Positions 46,883 to 56,736 of a stretch of 64,000 nucleotides of DNA are shown one piece after another. Each line of letters starts with the position of its first letter. Position 1 is the stretch's first letter. The notes below the pieces were generated by a model. The model was not told where the DNA came from, searched no databases, and saw only the letters and a list, made by a program, of their open reading frames with translations. Location: the NCBI GenBank assembly GCA_021824915.1, contig JAKAJP010000013.1:1733-65732 (forward strand), in the 5' to 3' direction. Origin of the DNA: a bacterium (GTDB lineage: Bacteria > Patescibacteriota > Microgenomatia > UBA8517). A program made the position numbers and the translations under genes.

Positions 46883-49219
46883 ATGAAAAAGATCGAAAAA
46901 TCTATTGAATTGGGTGGTCGTACCCTCACTTTAACCACGGGTGAATTAGCAGAACAGGCGGCGGGAGCTGTCACTGCCCGTATGGGAGATACAGTGGTTT
47001 TGGCCACTGTTGCTTCGGCTCCTCTTAAGATGGACCTAGATTATTTTCCATTGACGGTCGAGTACATGGAGAGGCTCTATGCGGGGGGTCGTATTAAAGG
47101 TAGCCGCTGGGTGAAGCGCGAGGGTAGACCAACAGATGAGGAAATTCTTTCCGCCCGACTTATTGATCGTTCAATTCGCCCGCTTTTCCCCAAGACTTAC
47201 AAAAAAGAAGTTCAGGTAATTGTTATGGTTCTTTCAGTCGACATGGAAAATGATCCGGCAATCTTAGGAGCAATCGCAGCCAGTGCGGCGGTTCATATCA
47301 GCACGCTCCCATGGAAGGGTCCTGTATCAGTTCTAAAAATTGGACAAAAGGAAGGCAAATATCTAGTCAATCCGGTAGAGAGTGATCTTAAGGATTCAAA
47401 TATGGATTTAGTGGTCTCTTCCACAAAAGAAGCGGTTTTGATGGTTGAAGCGGGAGCTAAGGAAGTAAGTGAAAAAGAAATCGTTGAGGGAATTAACTTT
47501 GCTAAAAAAGAATCTGACGCGGTTCTTTCTATGATTGAAGATTTGGCGAAGGAGGTTGGACGAACTCGGGAGGTTTATAAAGAAGAAAAAGCTTCGGCAG
47601 AATTAGAAAAGCTGGTTCACAAATTAGTCGATGACAAAATGCCATCTCTTGTAAAAGGAATGGCTAATCATGAAGGTGGACAATTTGATGAATTGACTGA
47701 AATGGTAGCTGCGGTCAATGGAGAAGTAACGGAGGCCGATCAAAAATTTGTTCCGGAGCTGATTGACCACATCAAGAAAGACTATATCCGGGAGCAAATT
47801 TTGGAGAAAAAGACCAGACCTGATGGTAGGAAATTAACTGAGATAAGACCTCTTTCAGCGATAGTTTCCTATTTACCAAGAGTTCACGGGTCGGCAATTT
47901 TCAAGAGGGGTCAAACCCAAGTAATGTCGGTTGTTACCTTGGGGTCTCCCTCAAACTCTCTTCTTTTGGAAAGTGCAGACGGGGAAGCAGAAAAGTTCTA
48001 TTTTCATCACTATTCCATGCCGCCTTATGCAACAGGAGAGACTGGAAAAGTTGGAAACCCTGGCAGGCGAGAAATTGGACACGGAGCTCTTGCGGAGCGC
48101 GCTTTAGTTCCGGTTATTCCTGATCAAAGTGAGTTTCCATATACAATTAGAGTTGTTTCTGAAGTAATGAGTTCAAATGGAAGCACTTCAATGGCTTCCG
48201 TTTGTGGTTCAACACTTTCTTTGATGGACGCCGGAGTTCCGATAAAATCCCCGGTCGCCGGAATTGCAATGGGACTTATTATTGAGGACGCCAAGAAATT
48301 TGCGGTTTTAAGCGACATTATGGGAATTGAGGATTTCAATGGTGATATGGATTTCAAAGTGGCGGGAACAGAAAAGGGTATTACGGCGTTGCAGCTTGAT
48401 GTCAAAACATTAAATCTCACGCCTGAAATCTTGGAGGCAGCTCTTGCCCAAGCAAAAGAAGGCCGCGCGCAAATTATGAAAGTTATTACTGACGCGCTAG
48501 CTTCTCCAAGGAAGCAAGTTTCTACTTATGCGCCGAAGATTAAAACGGTTAAAATCCCGGTCGAAAAGATTGGCGAATTTATTGGACCAAGCGGTAAAAA
48601 TATAAAGAAATTGATGGCCGATACGGGAACACAAATAGACGTTAACGATGAGGGCAACGTTAGTGTTTCCGGAGTTGATGAGGAAGCGATGCAGAAAGCA
48701 GTTACTTATATTGAAGGATTTTCCAAAGAGGTTAAACCGGGGGATATTTATGAGGGTGAAGTGGTACGTTTAATGAATTTTGGGGCTTTTGTAAATATTT
48801 TGCCGGGTAAAGACGGAATGGTCCACGTTTCTGATATGGGTCAGGAAGGATTTGTAAAAGATGCTGGTGATGTTGTCCACATTGGACAAAAAGTTCAGGT
48901 GCGGGTTAAGAAAATTGACGATATGGGGCGTATCAATCTTTCAATGAATTTGGATCCCGCCAAGGATGCCCAAGTTGAAGCTGAAAAACAAGCCAGGGGT
49001 GGTGATCGCGGAGGCCGAAGTGGTTTTGGAGGTGGACGCGGAGGATTTGGTGGAGGAAGAAGATTTGATAGAGGTGGACGCGGAGGATTTTCCCGAGGCG
49101 GTGGTAGAGGATTTGGTGGAGGAAGAAGATTTGATAGAGGTGATAGAGATTCTTCGGGTGGCCCTCATTTTCCCACAACAAGACTTATGGGAGAGGAAAA
49201 GAAAAGTTTTGATAGGTAG
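46883..49219 (+). CDS. pnp: Polynucleotide phosphorylase with RGG-rich tail
   Basis: RLIDRSIRPLF, RREIGHG, SNGSTSMAS, GDMDFKVAG, KH and S1 domains. Confidence 0.98.
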   Translation: MKKIEKSIELGGRTLTLTTGELAEQAAGAVTARMGDTVVLATVASAPLKMDLDYFPLTVEYMERLYAGGRIKGSRWVKREGRPTDEEILSARLIDRSIRPLFPKTYKKEVQVIVMVLSVDMENDPAILGAIAASAAVHISTLPWKGPVSVLKIGQKEGKYLVNPVESDLKDSNMDLVVSSTKEAVLMVEAGAKEVSEKEIVEGINFAKKESDAVLSMIEDLAKEVGRTREVYKEEKASAELEKLVHKLVDDKMPSLVKGMANHEGGQFDELTEMVAAVNGEVTEADQKFVPELIDHIKKDYIREQILEKKTRPDGRKLTEIRPLSAIVSYLPRVHGSAIFKRGQTQVMSVVTLGSPSNSLLLESADGEAEKFYFHHYSMPPYATGETGKVGNPGRREIGHGALAERALVPVIPDQSEFPYTIRVVSEVMSSNGSTSMASVCGSTLSLMDAGVPIKSPVAGIAMGLIIEDAKKFAVLSDIMGIEDFNGDMDFKVAGTEKGITALQLDVKTLNLTPEILEAALAQAKEGRAQIMKVITDALASPRKQVSTYAPKIKTVKIPVEKIGEFIGPSGKNIKKLMADTGTQIDVNDEGNVSVSGVDEEAMQKAVTYIEGFSKEVKPGDIYEGEVVRLMNFGAFVNILPGKDGMVHVSDMGQEGFVKDAGDVVHIGQKVQVRVKKIDDMGRINLSMNLDPAKDAQVEAEKQARGGDRGGRSGFGGGRGGFGGGRRFDRGGRGGFSRGGGRGFGGGRRFDRGDRDSSGGPHFPTTRLMGEEKKSFDR
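49041..49142 (+). repeat. 36-bp perfect direct repeat in the PNPase RGG tail
   Basis: GAGGATTTGGTGGAGGAAGAAGATTTGATAGAGGTG at 49041-76 and 49107-42. Confidence 0.9.
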
Positions 49220-49224
49220 CTTTG

Positions 49225-49848
49225 ATGAAGAAAGGCGTTCTTCTTTTTGACATTGACCGGACAATCTTCGACACGGATAAAATGTCGGCGTTCCTCAGTG
49301 AGAAGTTGGGTGATATTTTGGGACGGCAAAACATTACCGAGATAAATCGAATAAAACAGGACTACATCGGTAGTTTGGAAAGAGATAGAGAATTTACTCC
49401 CGACGAGTTTTGTAGAAGGCTCGCTAAGAAATTTGGAGTTTTGGATAGAGGTCTCCTTAAGGTTTTTTACGGAAGTGAATTCAATTACATTTATCAGGAA
49501 TGTGTTTTTTCGGAATTCTTCGAACTTTATAAAGAATTAGAAAATAAGTTTAACTTTGGAGTCTATTCCGAGGGAACTTTGAAATTTCAAATGCATAAGT
49601 TTAAGTCTATGCAAATTGGTAAATACCTTAAGAAAGATTTAATTTTTGTTTTACCGGTCAAAGATAATGCGAAAACTCTAAAGCTAGTTCCCAAGGAGGC
49701 CGTTATTGTTGATGATAAGGAAATTGTTTGTGAGGTTTTGAATAAAAATGGTTTCCATGCGATTTGGCTAAACAAGAAAGACGGTAGAGAAAGTGTGAAG
49801 TTTGATACGATCCACAGTCTTCTGGAACTTCCGGATAAACTGATGTAA
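49225..49848 (+). CDS. HAD-superfamily hydrolase
   Basis: LFDIDRTIFDT motif I, IVDDK motif IV. Confidence 0.8.
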   Translation: MKKGVLLFDIDRTIFDTDKMSAFLSEKLGDILGRQNITEINRIKQDYIGSLERDREFTPDEFCRRLAKKFGVLDRGLLKVFYGSEFNYIYQECVFSEFFELYKELENKFNFGVYSEGTLKFQMHKFKSMQIGKYLKKDLIFVLPVKDNAKTLKLVPKEAVIVDDKEIVCEVLNKNGFHAIWLNKKDGRESVKFDTIHSLLELPDKLM

Positions 49849-49861
49849 ATTTAAGGTAGGT

Positions 49862-50908
49862 ATGGAATCTGCTGCCCAGGAAATTCAAGTTTTAATAGAA
49901 AAAGTTAAAAAGGCCGATCTTCCCGATCGTCTTCGTGAAGTTGTTTTGGTTCGACTTGGACAACTTGCCAAACTTACAAATTCCCCATCATTTTTGCCGG
50001 AGTTTGATAGCATGGAACGCTATGTTGATTGGATAACAATTTTGCCCTGGAATAAAAGAACAAAGGATACACTTGATCTTGAAAACGCCAGAAAAATCCT
50101 TGAATCTCATCACTATGGTTTAACTGATATTAAAACCCGCGTCTTGGAATATATGAGTGTTATGAAATTGAAAGAAGAAAAAGGAGAGAGTGCGGATATT
50201 TACAGGGCCCCAATTCTTTGTTTTGTTGGCTTGGTGGGAACCGGAAAAACGACAATTGCTTATTCGATTGCGGAAGCTCTGGGCCGTCCCATTGCCCGCA
50301 TTCCTTTTGGCGGAATGGGTGATCCGTTAGACCTTCGCGGACAATCCAGAATGCATCCGGAAGCCGAACCCGGAAAAGTTATAAAATCCTTGCGGGATAC
50401 TCAAAGTAAAAATCCGGTCATCCTTCTTGATGAAATTGACCGTGTTACCGAACAAGGACGAAGCTCAATCATGGGAGTTTTGGTCGAACTTTTAGATCCT
50501 AAGCAGAACTACGCTTTTACTGATCATTATATAGATTTTCCGTTTGATCTAAGTGAGGCACTTTTTATTGCGACGGCAAATAATACCACCAACATTGCAA
50601 CGGCCGTTATGGACAGACTTGAACCAATTTCTATGCCGAGCTATACAGACCAGGAAAAAATTGTCATCGGGCAAAAATATATACTGCCTTCTGCCCTAAA
50701 AGCTTCCGGCCTACCCGCCGGAAGTTTAACGATTGATGATGATGTTTGGGCAAATATTGTTCGTCCGCTTGGCTACGACGCAGGTATTCGTACGCTTGAG
50801 CGTAATATTGACGGAGTTGTCCGTAAGGTTGCTATGCAGATGGTTGAAGGGAAAACTCAAAATGTCCATGTTACTTCCCAAAACGTGAAGACGTTCCTGC
50901 CCCAGTGA
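49862..50908 (+). CDS. Lon-like AAA+ module lacking the N-domain and protease domain
   Basis: DWITILPW, HYGL, GLVGTGKTT, NPVILLDEID, DPKQN..FTDHY, GIRTLER; ends before the P domain. Confidence 0.88.
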   Translation: MESAAQEIQVLIEKVKKADLPDRLREVVLVRLGQLAKLTNSPSFLPEFDSMERYVDWITILPWNKRTKDTLDLENARKILESHHYGLTDIKTRVLEYMSVMKLKEEKGESADIYRAPILCFVGLVGTGKTTIAYSIAEALGRPIARIPFGGMGDPLDLRGQSRMHPEAEPGKVIKSLRDTQSKNPVILLDEIDRVTEQGRSSIMGVLVELLDPKQNYAFTDHYIDFPFDLSEALFIATANNTTNIATAVMDRLEPISMPSYTDQEKIVIGQKYILPSALKASGLPAGSLTIDDDVWANIVRPLGYDAGIRTLERNIDGVVRKVAMQMVEGKTQNVHVTSQNVKTFLPQ

Positions 50909-50922
50909 GTTAAAATAAGCTA

Positions 50923-51390
50923 GTGAAAATATTAGTAATAAGCGATAGTCATGGCAACATAACAAATCTCAGGCATGTTATGGGTTTTGCAAAAAAGATT
51001 AATGCTGCCGCCGTGATTCATTGTGGCGATTGGAATACAGCGGACTCAGTTAGAGTGGTTTTGGAGTACGGGACCCCCGTTTTTGGAATTTTGGGTAACG
51101 CTGATATAAAAAGTGAGGTTGAAGATGCTTTGGTTTTGGGAGCCGAAGGTTTTGAACAGAAGTTTCTAAGTTTCAAATTGGATAATAAAAAAATAGGGGT
51201 GATTCACGACATTCGCGAACCAATTTTGGCAATCAATACTCTTGACGTTGTTTTTTATGGACATACACACAAGCAAAAAGAATCAGAAAAAAATGGGGCC
51301 AGGATTGTAAACCCGGGGGCTTTGGAAAATGAGATCAACTTTGCGGTTTATGATACAACTTCTGGTAAAATAGATTTTGTTACGGAGTGA
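50923..51390 (+). CDS. YfcE/MJ0936-like metallophosphoesterase
   Basis: SDSHGN, HCGD, GNAD, GHTH, NPG. Confidence 0.9.
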   Translation: MKILVISDSHGNITNLRHVMGFAKKINAAAVIHCGDWNTADSVRVVLEYGTPVFGILGNADIKSEVEDALVLGAEGFEQKFLSFKLDNKKIGVIHDIREPILAINTLDVVFYGHTHKQKESEKNGARIVNPGALENEINFAVYDTTSGKIDFVTE

Positions 51391-52034
51391 AATATTTAAT
51401 GGGTAAGTTAGAAGAACTTCAAAAATTAAAACAAGAAATGGAAGCTGACAGCTCGCTTCCTCTAAGAAAAACCGATACCAACTTGGTTTTTGGAGTTGGG
51501 GATCCCAATACCAAAATCCTTTTTATAGGTGAAGGCCCCGGGTATTGGGAAAATCTTAAAAAGGAGCCGTTTGTTGGAAACGCGGGGAAACTATTGGATC
51601 AAGTTTTAAGACTGGTAAATATTCCTAGAGAAAGCGTTTATATTACAAATGTTGTTCATCATAGACCCCCGGAAAATAGAGATCCGGAACCGGACGAGAT
51701 ATCTGCATACGGAAAATATCTGGATGAGATTATTAAAATAATTGATCCGAAAGTAATTGTCACTCTGGGACGATTTTCTATGGGCAAGTTTCTGCCTACT
51801 GCCCGAATTTCATCTGTTCATGGTAAGTCGCAAGTAGTACAGTTTAAGGGCAAGAATATTACGATCATCCCGATGTATCACCCAGCGGCCGCGCTCAGAA
51901 ACGGAAGTTTGATGTTTGAGTTTAAGCAAGATTTTCAGAGGCTGCCAGATATGTTGAAAGAAGCAGAAAGTCTTACCGAAGCGAAGAAGGATTTGGATAA
52001 AGAAGATGAGTCTCAACAAATGAGTTTGGTTTAA
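51387..52034 (+). CDS. Family-4 uracil-DNA glycosylase
   Basis: GEGPG, PFVGNAG, RPPENRDP, YHPAAAL. Confidence 0.92.
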   Translation: MKYLMGKLEELQKLKQEMEADSSLPLRKTDTNLVFGVGDPNTKILFIGEGPGYWENLKKEPFVGNAGKLLDQVLRLVNIPRESVYITNVVHHRPPENRDPEPDEISAYGKYLDEIIKIIDPKVIVTLGRFSMGKFLPTARISSVHGKSQVVQFKGKNITIIPMYHPAAALRNGSLMFEFKQDFQRLPDMLKEAESLTEAKKDLDKEDESQQMSLV

Positions 52035-52040
52035 GCCTAT

Positions 52041-53702
52041 ATGAAAAATATGAATAATTTGAAATTTATTGCAATTTCCGGAACTACCGGAGTTACGGAA
52101 AATTTGTATGTTTATGAATATGGGAACGATATGATAGTTGTTGATTGTGGCGTGGGGTTTCCGGAAACGGAAATGTACGGGGTGGATCTTGTAATTCCGG
52201 ACTTTTCTTACGTGATAGCAAATAAATCAAAACTTCGGGCGATTATTATTTCTCATGGACACGAAGATCATCTTGGGGCGCTTCCCTTCCTACTCAAAGA
52301 AGTAAAAACCAACGTTTACGCGACAAAATTAGTTGTAGGCTTCATTCAGGATAAGTTGGAGGATTACAAGATGGATTCTACGAATGTTAAGGTTTTTGAC
52401 CCAGACCGTGACCAATTAACGTTTGGAGTTTTTAAGGTAACCCCTTTTAGGGTGGCTCACTCGGTTCCTGATGGGGTTGGTTTTTGTATAGATACGCCTG
52501 AGGGAAAAATGTTCCATGTCCCCGATTATAAATTTGATTGGACCCCTGTTGATGGGCGTCCTTTTGATGCGGTGAAAGTGGCATCTCTTGCCGCCGGCGG
52601 GGCATTAGCTCTTGCTTCAGATTCTCTTGGTGCAACGTCTCCCGGATACACAGAAAGCGAGAGGGCAATTGAGGAAAGGATTGAAGGCGTCTTAAGGCAC
52701 GTAACCGGAAAAGTTTACCTGACAACAATTTCGAGCAATATCAGTCGTATGCAGCAGACAATTAACGCTGCGGCCCGCCTGGGTCGCAAGGTTGTTCTTA
52801 TAGGTAGATCGATTGAAAAGAAAGCCGGAATCGCTAAAGATTTGGGCTACCTTTTTTATCAGAATGGCGTTGTCATATCACCAAAAGTTGCTTCAAAGCT
52901 TCCCGATAGACAAATTCTTTATATTATTTCCGGCTGTTATGGACAACCAGGAAGTGCTTTGTACCGGCTGGCATTGGGGGAGCATGATTTTCTAAAAGTT
53001 GGTAAGGGGGACGCCGTAATATTCTCGGCTGACCCTGCGCCTCCCGGAAGTAAGGCAAATGTAGATTTTTTGGTCGATAAATTTATCGAAGGCGATGTTG
53101 ATGTTCATTATTATGACATGCAGGAAGACTTGCACGTTTCCGGACATGGGAGCCAAAAAGATATAGAGATGCTTTTTGCGCTGGTGAAGCCCAAATATTA
53201 CATCCCGATAGGTGGGACGATTAGACATATGCGGGCTTATGGTCAAATTGCCGAGAGTATGGGGGCAAAGGAAAGCGACGTCTTGGAACTTTTGCCGGGA
53301 GAAATTGTTGAATTTTCGGGCCAAGTTGCGAGGCGCGCAGGTAAAATTCCGGTTCGGGAAGTCCTGGTCGATGGACTTGGAATTGGGGACGTTGGTAATA
53401 CAGTCTTGAGAGATAGGCACATCCTGAGTAAAGAAGGAATAGTAATTGCAATCACCCACTTTGATAGAAATGAGGGAAGACTTCTTGATAATCCGGAACT
53501 AATAAGCCGCGGTTTTGTTTTTGAGCAAAAATATGGAAGGATTTTGGATGATGCTGCCCACGAGCTTTTTGACGCTTTAAGTAAAAAGAAATCGATTAAC
53601 ACTAACGTAGTCAGAAATACTTCGATCGATTTTCTTGAGAAATATTTTTACCAGAAAACTGGCAGGCGCCCGATGATACTTCCTGTGATTGTTGAGGTTT
53701 AG
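52041..53702 (+). CDS. rnj: Ribonuclease J
   Basis: HGHEDHLG, HSVPD, HVSGHG, TGRRPMILP. Confidence 0.96.
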   Translation: MKNMNNLKFIAISGTTGVTENLYVYEYGNDMIVVDCGVGFPETEMYGVDLVIPDFSYVIANKSKLRAIIISHGHEDHLGALPFLLKEVKTNVYATKLVVGFIQDKLEDYKMDSTNVKVFDPDRDQLTFGVFKVTPFRVAHSVPDGVGFCIDTPEGKMFHVPDYKFDWTPVDGRPFDAVKVASLAAGGALALASDSLGATSPGYTESERAIEERIEGVLRHVTGKVYLTTISSNISRMQQTINAAARLGRKVVLIGRSIEKKAGIAKDLGYLFYQNGVVISPKVASKLPDRQILYIISGCYGQPGSALYRLALGEHDFLKVGKGDAVIFSADPAPPGSKANVDFLVDKFIEGDVDVHYYDMQEDLHVSGHGSQKDIEMLFALVKPKYYIPIGGTIRHMRAYGQIAESMGAKESDVLELLPGEIVEFSGQVARRAGKIPVREVLVDGLGIGDVGNTVLRDRHILSKEGIVIAITHFDRNEGRLLDNPELISRGFVFEQKYGRILDDAAHELFDALSKKKSINTNVVRNTSIDFLEKYFYQKTGRRPMILPVIVEV

Positions 53703-53729
53703 TTCACCTTCGATATACAATGAATGGCT

Positions 53730-55841
53730 ATGGCTGTTAAGAGAAGAAGATTTACCAAGCGTGGGTTTAGATTAAAACTCAAAAAAGAAGCAGTTTTTTC
53801 CATATCTCAGGTAATCTTTTTTGCAATTGCCGCCCTTATTCTTTTATCTTTTTCCAGACAAGGAGCAATACTTTTAACCTTTAATGACTTCTTGTTGAAT
53901 TATTTTTCCTGGTCAGCATTCTTCCTGCCCTTTTTGTTTTTGGCCTTTGCATTTTTAGTCTCCAAGGTAAAGTTTCCGTTGGGACAACCAAACGTAATAA
54001 TTGGCGGACTTCTCTTTTTTGTTTCGGTGATGTCTATTGGTCAGGCGGGTGTTATAGGAACAGAGTTTTGGAATGGAATTGCTGCGCTTGTCACCGGCGT
54101 TGGGGCTTTTATTATATTACTGGGAACAAGTTTGGTGGGGTTGATTGTTCTTTTTAATACTTCTTTTGATCAAGTAATAAAAGTCATAAAGGAGGCCGTA
54201 GCTGGCAGTGGTCAATATATTCATGGGGGCTCATCTGTTGGTTTTGGGGGAAAACCGCTGAGTCGTGGCCCACTGAGAGTTTCCGGTGGCTCGACTCTTT
54301 CAGGTAAGCCTCAAATTTCGTCTAAGGCTCAAACTCCCGTACCAACCGGTGAAGCACTGACACCGCAACTTGTGAGTAATGTCCCGGGAGAGGAAAAAGT
54401 CTGGATATATCCGAGCTTGGATCTATTAACTGAGACGGAAAGTGGACACGCGGAGCGGGGTGACATAAAGGAAAACGCTGCGATTATTGAAAAAACTCTT
54501 GAGTCCTTTGGCATCACTGCAAGGGTGGTCGAAGTTAATTTGGGACCTGCCGTAACCCAGTATGCATTGGAAGTTGCGCTCGGAACAAAACTAAGTAAAA
54601 TCACGGGGCTTGAGCGCGATCTGGCTCTCGCTCTGGCTGCCCCGACCGGGGCGATAAGAATAGAAGCCCCGATTCCCGGAAGAAGTCTGGTTGGAATCGA
54701 ATTACCAAATAGAAGTGCGGAATTTGTTCCGCTTAAGAAAATGATGGAGTCGGAGACTATGCAAACCGCAAAATCACGCCTTGCGGTTTCATTGGGGCTT
54801 GATGTCTCCGGTAAGCCTGTAGTTGCCGATATTGCCAGGATGCCCCACGTTCTTATTGCTGGTCAGACTGGAAGTGGAAAATCTGTTTGTATAAACGCTT
54901 TCTTGGCATCAATCCTTTTCCGTTCCGCTCCAACCGAGGTCAAGTTGATTATGGTTGACCCTAAACGAGTTGAATTAACCGGTTATAATGGCATTCCACA
55001 TCTCCTTGCCCCTGTTATAGTTGATCCGGAAAAAGTTATATCGGCGCTTCGTTGGATAATGAGCGAAATGGATAGACGTTACAAACTTTTTGCTGAAGCC
55101 GGTGCAAGAAATATTGATTCTTATAATGAAATGTCGGGTTTTCAGGCTCTCCCTTACATAGTTTTATTTATCGATGAGTTGGCTGATATTATGCTTTTTA
55201 GCCCAGTCGAGGTTGAGGATGCAATCACAAGAATTGCTCAGATGAGCCGTGCAACAGGAATTCATATGGTCCTTGCCACCCAAAGGCCTTCAGTAGATGT
55301 CATTACGGGATTGATTAAAGCCAATATCCCCTCCCGAATTGCTTTCGCGGTTGCGTCTCAAGTTGACTCGCGTGTTATTTTGGATACTCAAGGAGCTGAA
55401 AAACTCCTTGGAAAAGGAGACATGCTTTATTTGCCCCCGGAGCAAGCTAAGCCAATTAGAATCCAGGGAGCTTTTGTAAACGATCGGGAGATAGCTTCTC
55501 TTGTATCTTTTCTTAAGAATCAAGGAGTCACTCCGCAATATACAGATGAGGTTACGACGATGGCTAAGGCCGGAACGGTTAGGGTTGGCGGGATTGAAGG
55601 GGAAGTTGATGATCTTTTTGAGCAAGCAATAAGAGTTGTTTGTCAGTATGACAAAGCTTCTTCCTCACTCCTTCAAAGGAGGCTTTCAATCGGTTATGCG
55701 AGAGCCGCACGTATAGTTGACCAGTTGGAGGCTGCGGGCGTTATTGGAGCCTCGGACGGATCCAGTAAGCCCCGTGAGGTTTTGGTTCAAAACGCTGATG
55801 AGTTTTTGGCAAATCTTAAAGGTGGAGCTGCCCCTCAGTAA
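53730..55841 (+). CDS. ftsK: DNA translocase FtsK/SpoIIIE (start 53724 or 53730)
   Basis: N-terminal TMs, AGQTGSGKS, DELAD, ATQRPSVD, gamma domain LQRRLSIGYARAA. Confidence 0.96.
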   Translation: MAVKRRRFTKRGFRLKLKKEAVFSISQVIFFAIAALILLSFSRQGAILLTFNDFLLNYFSWSAFFLPFLFLAFAFLVSKVKFPLGQPNVIIGGLLFFVSVMSIGQAGVIGTEFWNGIAALVTGVGAFIILLGTSLVGLIVLFNTSFDQVIKVIKEAVAGSGQYIHGGSSVGFGGKPLSRGPLRVSGGSTLSGKPQISSKAQTPVPTGEALTPQLVSNVPGEEKVWIYPSLDLLTETESGHAERGDIKENAAIIEKTLESFGITARVVEVNLGPAVTQYALEVALGTKLSKITGLERDLALALAAPTGAIRIEAPIPGRSLVGIELPNRSAEFVPLKKMMESETMQTAKSRLAVSLGLDVSGKPVVADIARMPHVLIAGQTGSGKSVCINAFLASILFRSAPTEVKLIMVDPKRVELTGYNGIPHLLAPVIVDPEKVISALRWIMSEMDRRYKLFAEAGARNIDSYNEMSGFQALPYIVLFIDELADIMLFSPVEVEDAITRIAQMSRATGIHMVLATQRPSVDVITGLIKANIPSRIAFAVASQVDSRVILDTQGAEKLLGKGDMLYLPPEQAKPIRIQGAFVNDREIASLVSFLKNQGVTPQYTDEVTTMAKAGTVRVGGIEGEVDDLFEQAIRVVCQYDKASSSLLQRRLSIGYARAARIVDQLEAAGVIGASDGSSKPREVLVQNADEFLANLKGGAAPQ

Positions 55842-55857
55842 GGTCCCCCCTCGTTAT

Positions 55858-56478
55858 ATGAAGACTATTGGTAAAATTTTAAGAGAAGCGAGAATTGAAA
55901 AAAGATACTCCACCATACGTTTGGAGAATTTGACACGAATAAAAAAAGATTTTATTGAGGCAATTGAGCGGGAGAATTGGGACGCACTTCCCCCTTTCCC
56001 GACCGTTTTAGGTTTTGTTAAAAGTTTGACGGGGGAACTTAACTTGCCCGAGAGAAACGTAGTTGCAGTTTTGAAACGTGATTATCCTCCCAAAAAACTG
56101 AACATCAATCCTAAACCAGATGTTGGGGGTAAATTTATCTGGAGTCCGCGCCTAACATTCTTAATTGGAAGTGGTATTGTCCTTTTGATAATTTTCGGTT
56201 ACCTGATATTTCAATACGTCAGGTTTATTTCCCCCCCAAATCTAACTGTAATTAGTCCTAGACCGGATCAGGTGGCTACCCAAAACACAATTTTAGTTAC
56301 CGGCACAACAGATACCGATGCCAAGATCACTGTAAACAATCAACCTGTTTCGGTTAATGAAGACGGGAGTTTTTCTGTAGATTTGGATATCGCCAAAAAT
56401 ACTACTGAAATAAATATCACTGCTGTAAGTCGATCTGGAAAAGTGACTTCCATTTCGCGTAAAATAATAGTTAAGTAA
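55858..56478 (+). CDS. rodZ: RodZ-like protein (HTH + TM + Ig-like)
   Basis: IGKILREAR...IEAIE...GFVK HTH, TM, beta-rich C-terminus; follows ftsK. Confidence 0.75.
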   Translation: MKTIGKILREARIEKRYSTIRLENLTRIKKDFIEAIERENWDALPPFPTVLGFVKSLTGELNLPERNVVAVLKRDYPPKKLNINPKPDVGGKFIWSPRLTFLIGSGIVLLIIFGYLIFQYVRFISPPNLTVISPRPDQVATQNTILVTGTTDTDAKITVNNQPVSVNEDGSFSVDLDIAKNTTEINITAVSRSGKVTSISRKIIVK

Positions 56479-56487
56479 TATAAAATT

Positions 56488-56724
56488 GTGGATAACGTAC
56501 AAATTCTTTTAATTGTTGTTGTTGTAAGTCTCACACTTCTTCTTTTGGTTGTTGGAGTTCAGGTCATGCTGATAATTGTTGACCTTAGGCGCGCCATAAA
56601 GCGGCTGAATTCAATCCTTGAAGATGCAATTTTGGGTGGGGGACTCATTCGACCCGATAAACTCACCGGGGTTTTGGAACTTCTTCATAAAAGTAAAAAG
56701 CTCGAAACTCACGGCGGAAGTTGA
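56488..56724 (+). CDS. Small single-TM protein (DUF948-like)
   Basis: Long hydrophobic N-terminal helix, then an amphipathic helix. Confidence 0.65.
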   Translation: MDNVQILLIVVVVSLTLLLLVVGVQVMLIIVDLRRAIKRLNSILEDAILGGGLIRPDKLTGVLELLHKSKKLETHGGS

Positions 56725-56736
56725 TATACTTTAGCC

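Noticed and set aside
49029-49142. Direct repeats as a possible mini-CRISPR
   Set aside because: Only two copies, in frame within pnp, no cas genes
48933-49264. Acidic and Ser-rich repeat ORFs (48966+, 48941-, 48933-)
   Set aside because: Alternative-frame shadows of the PNPase RGG repeats
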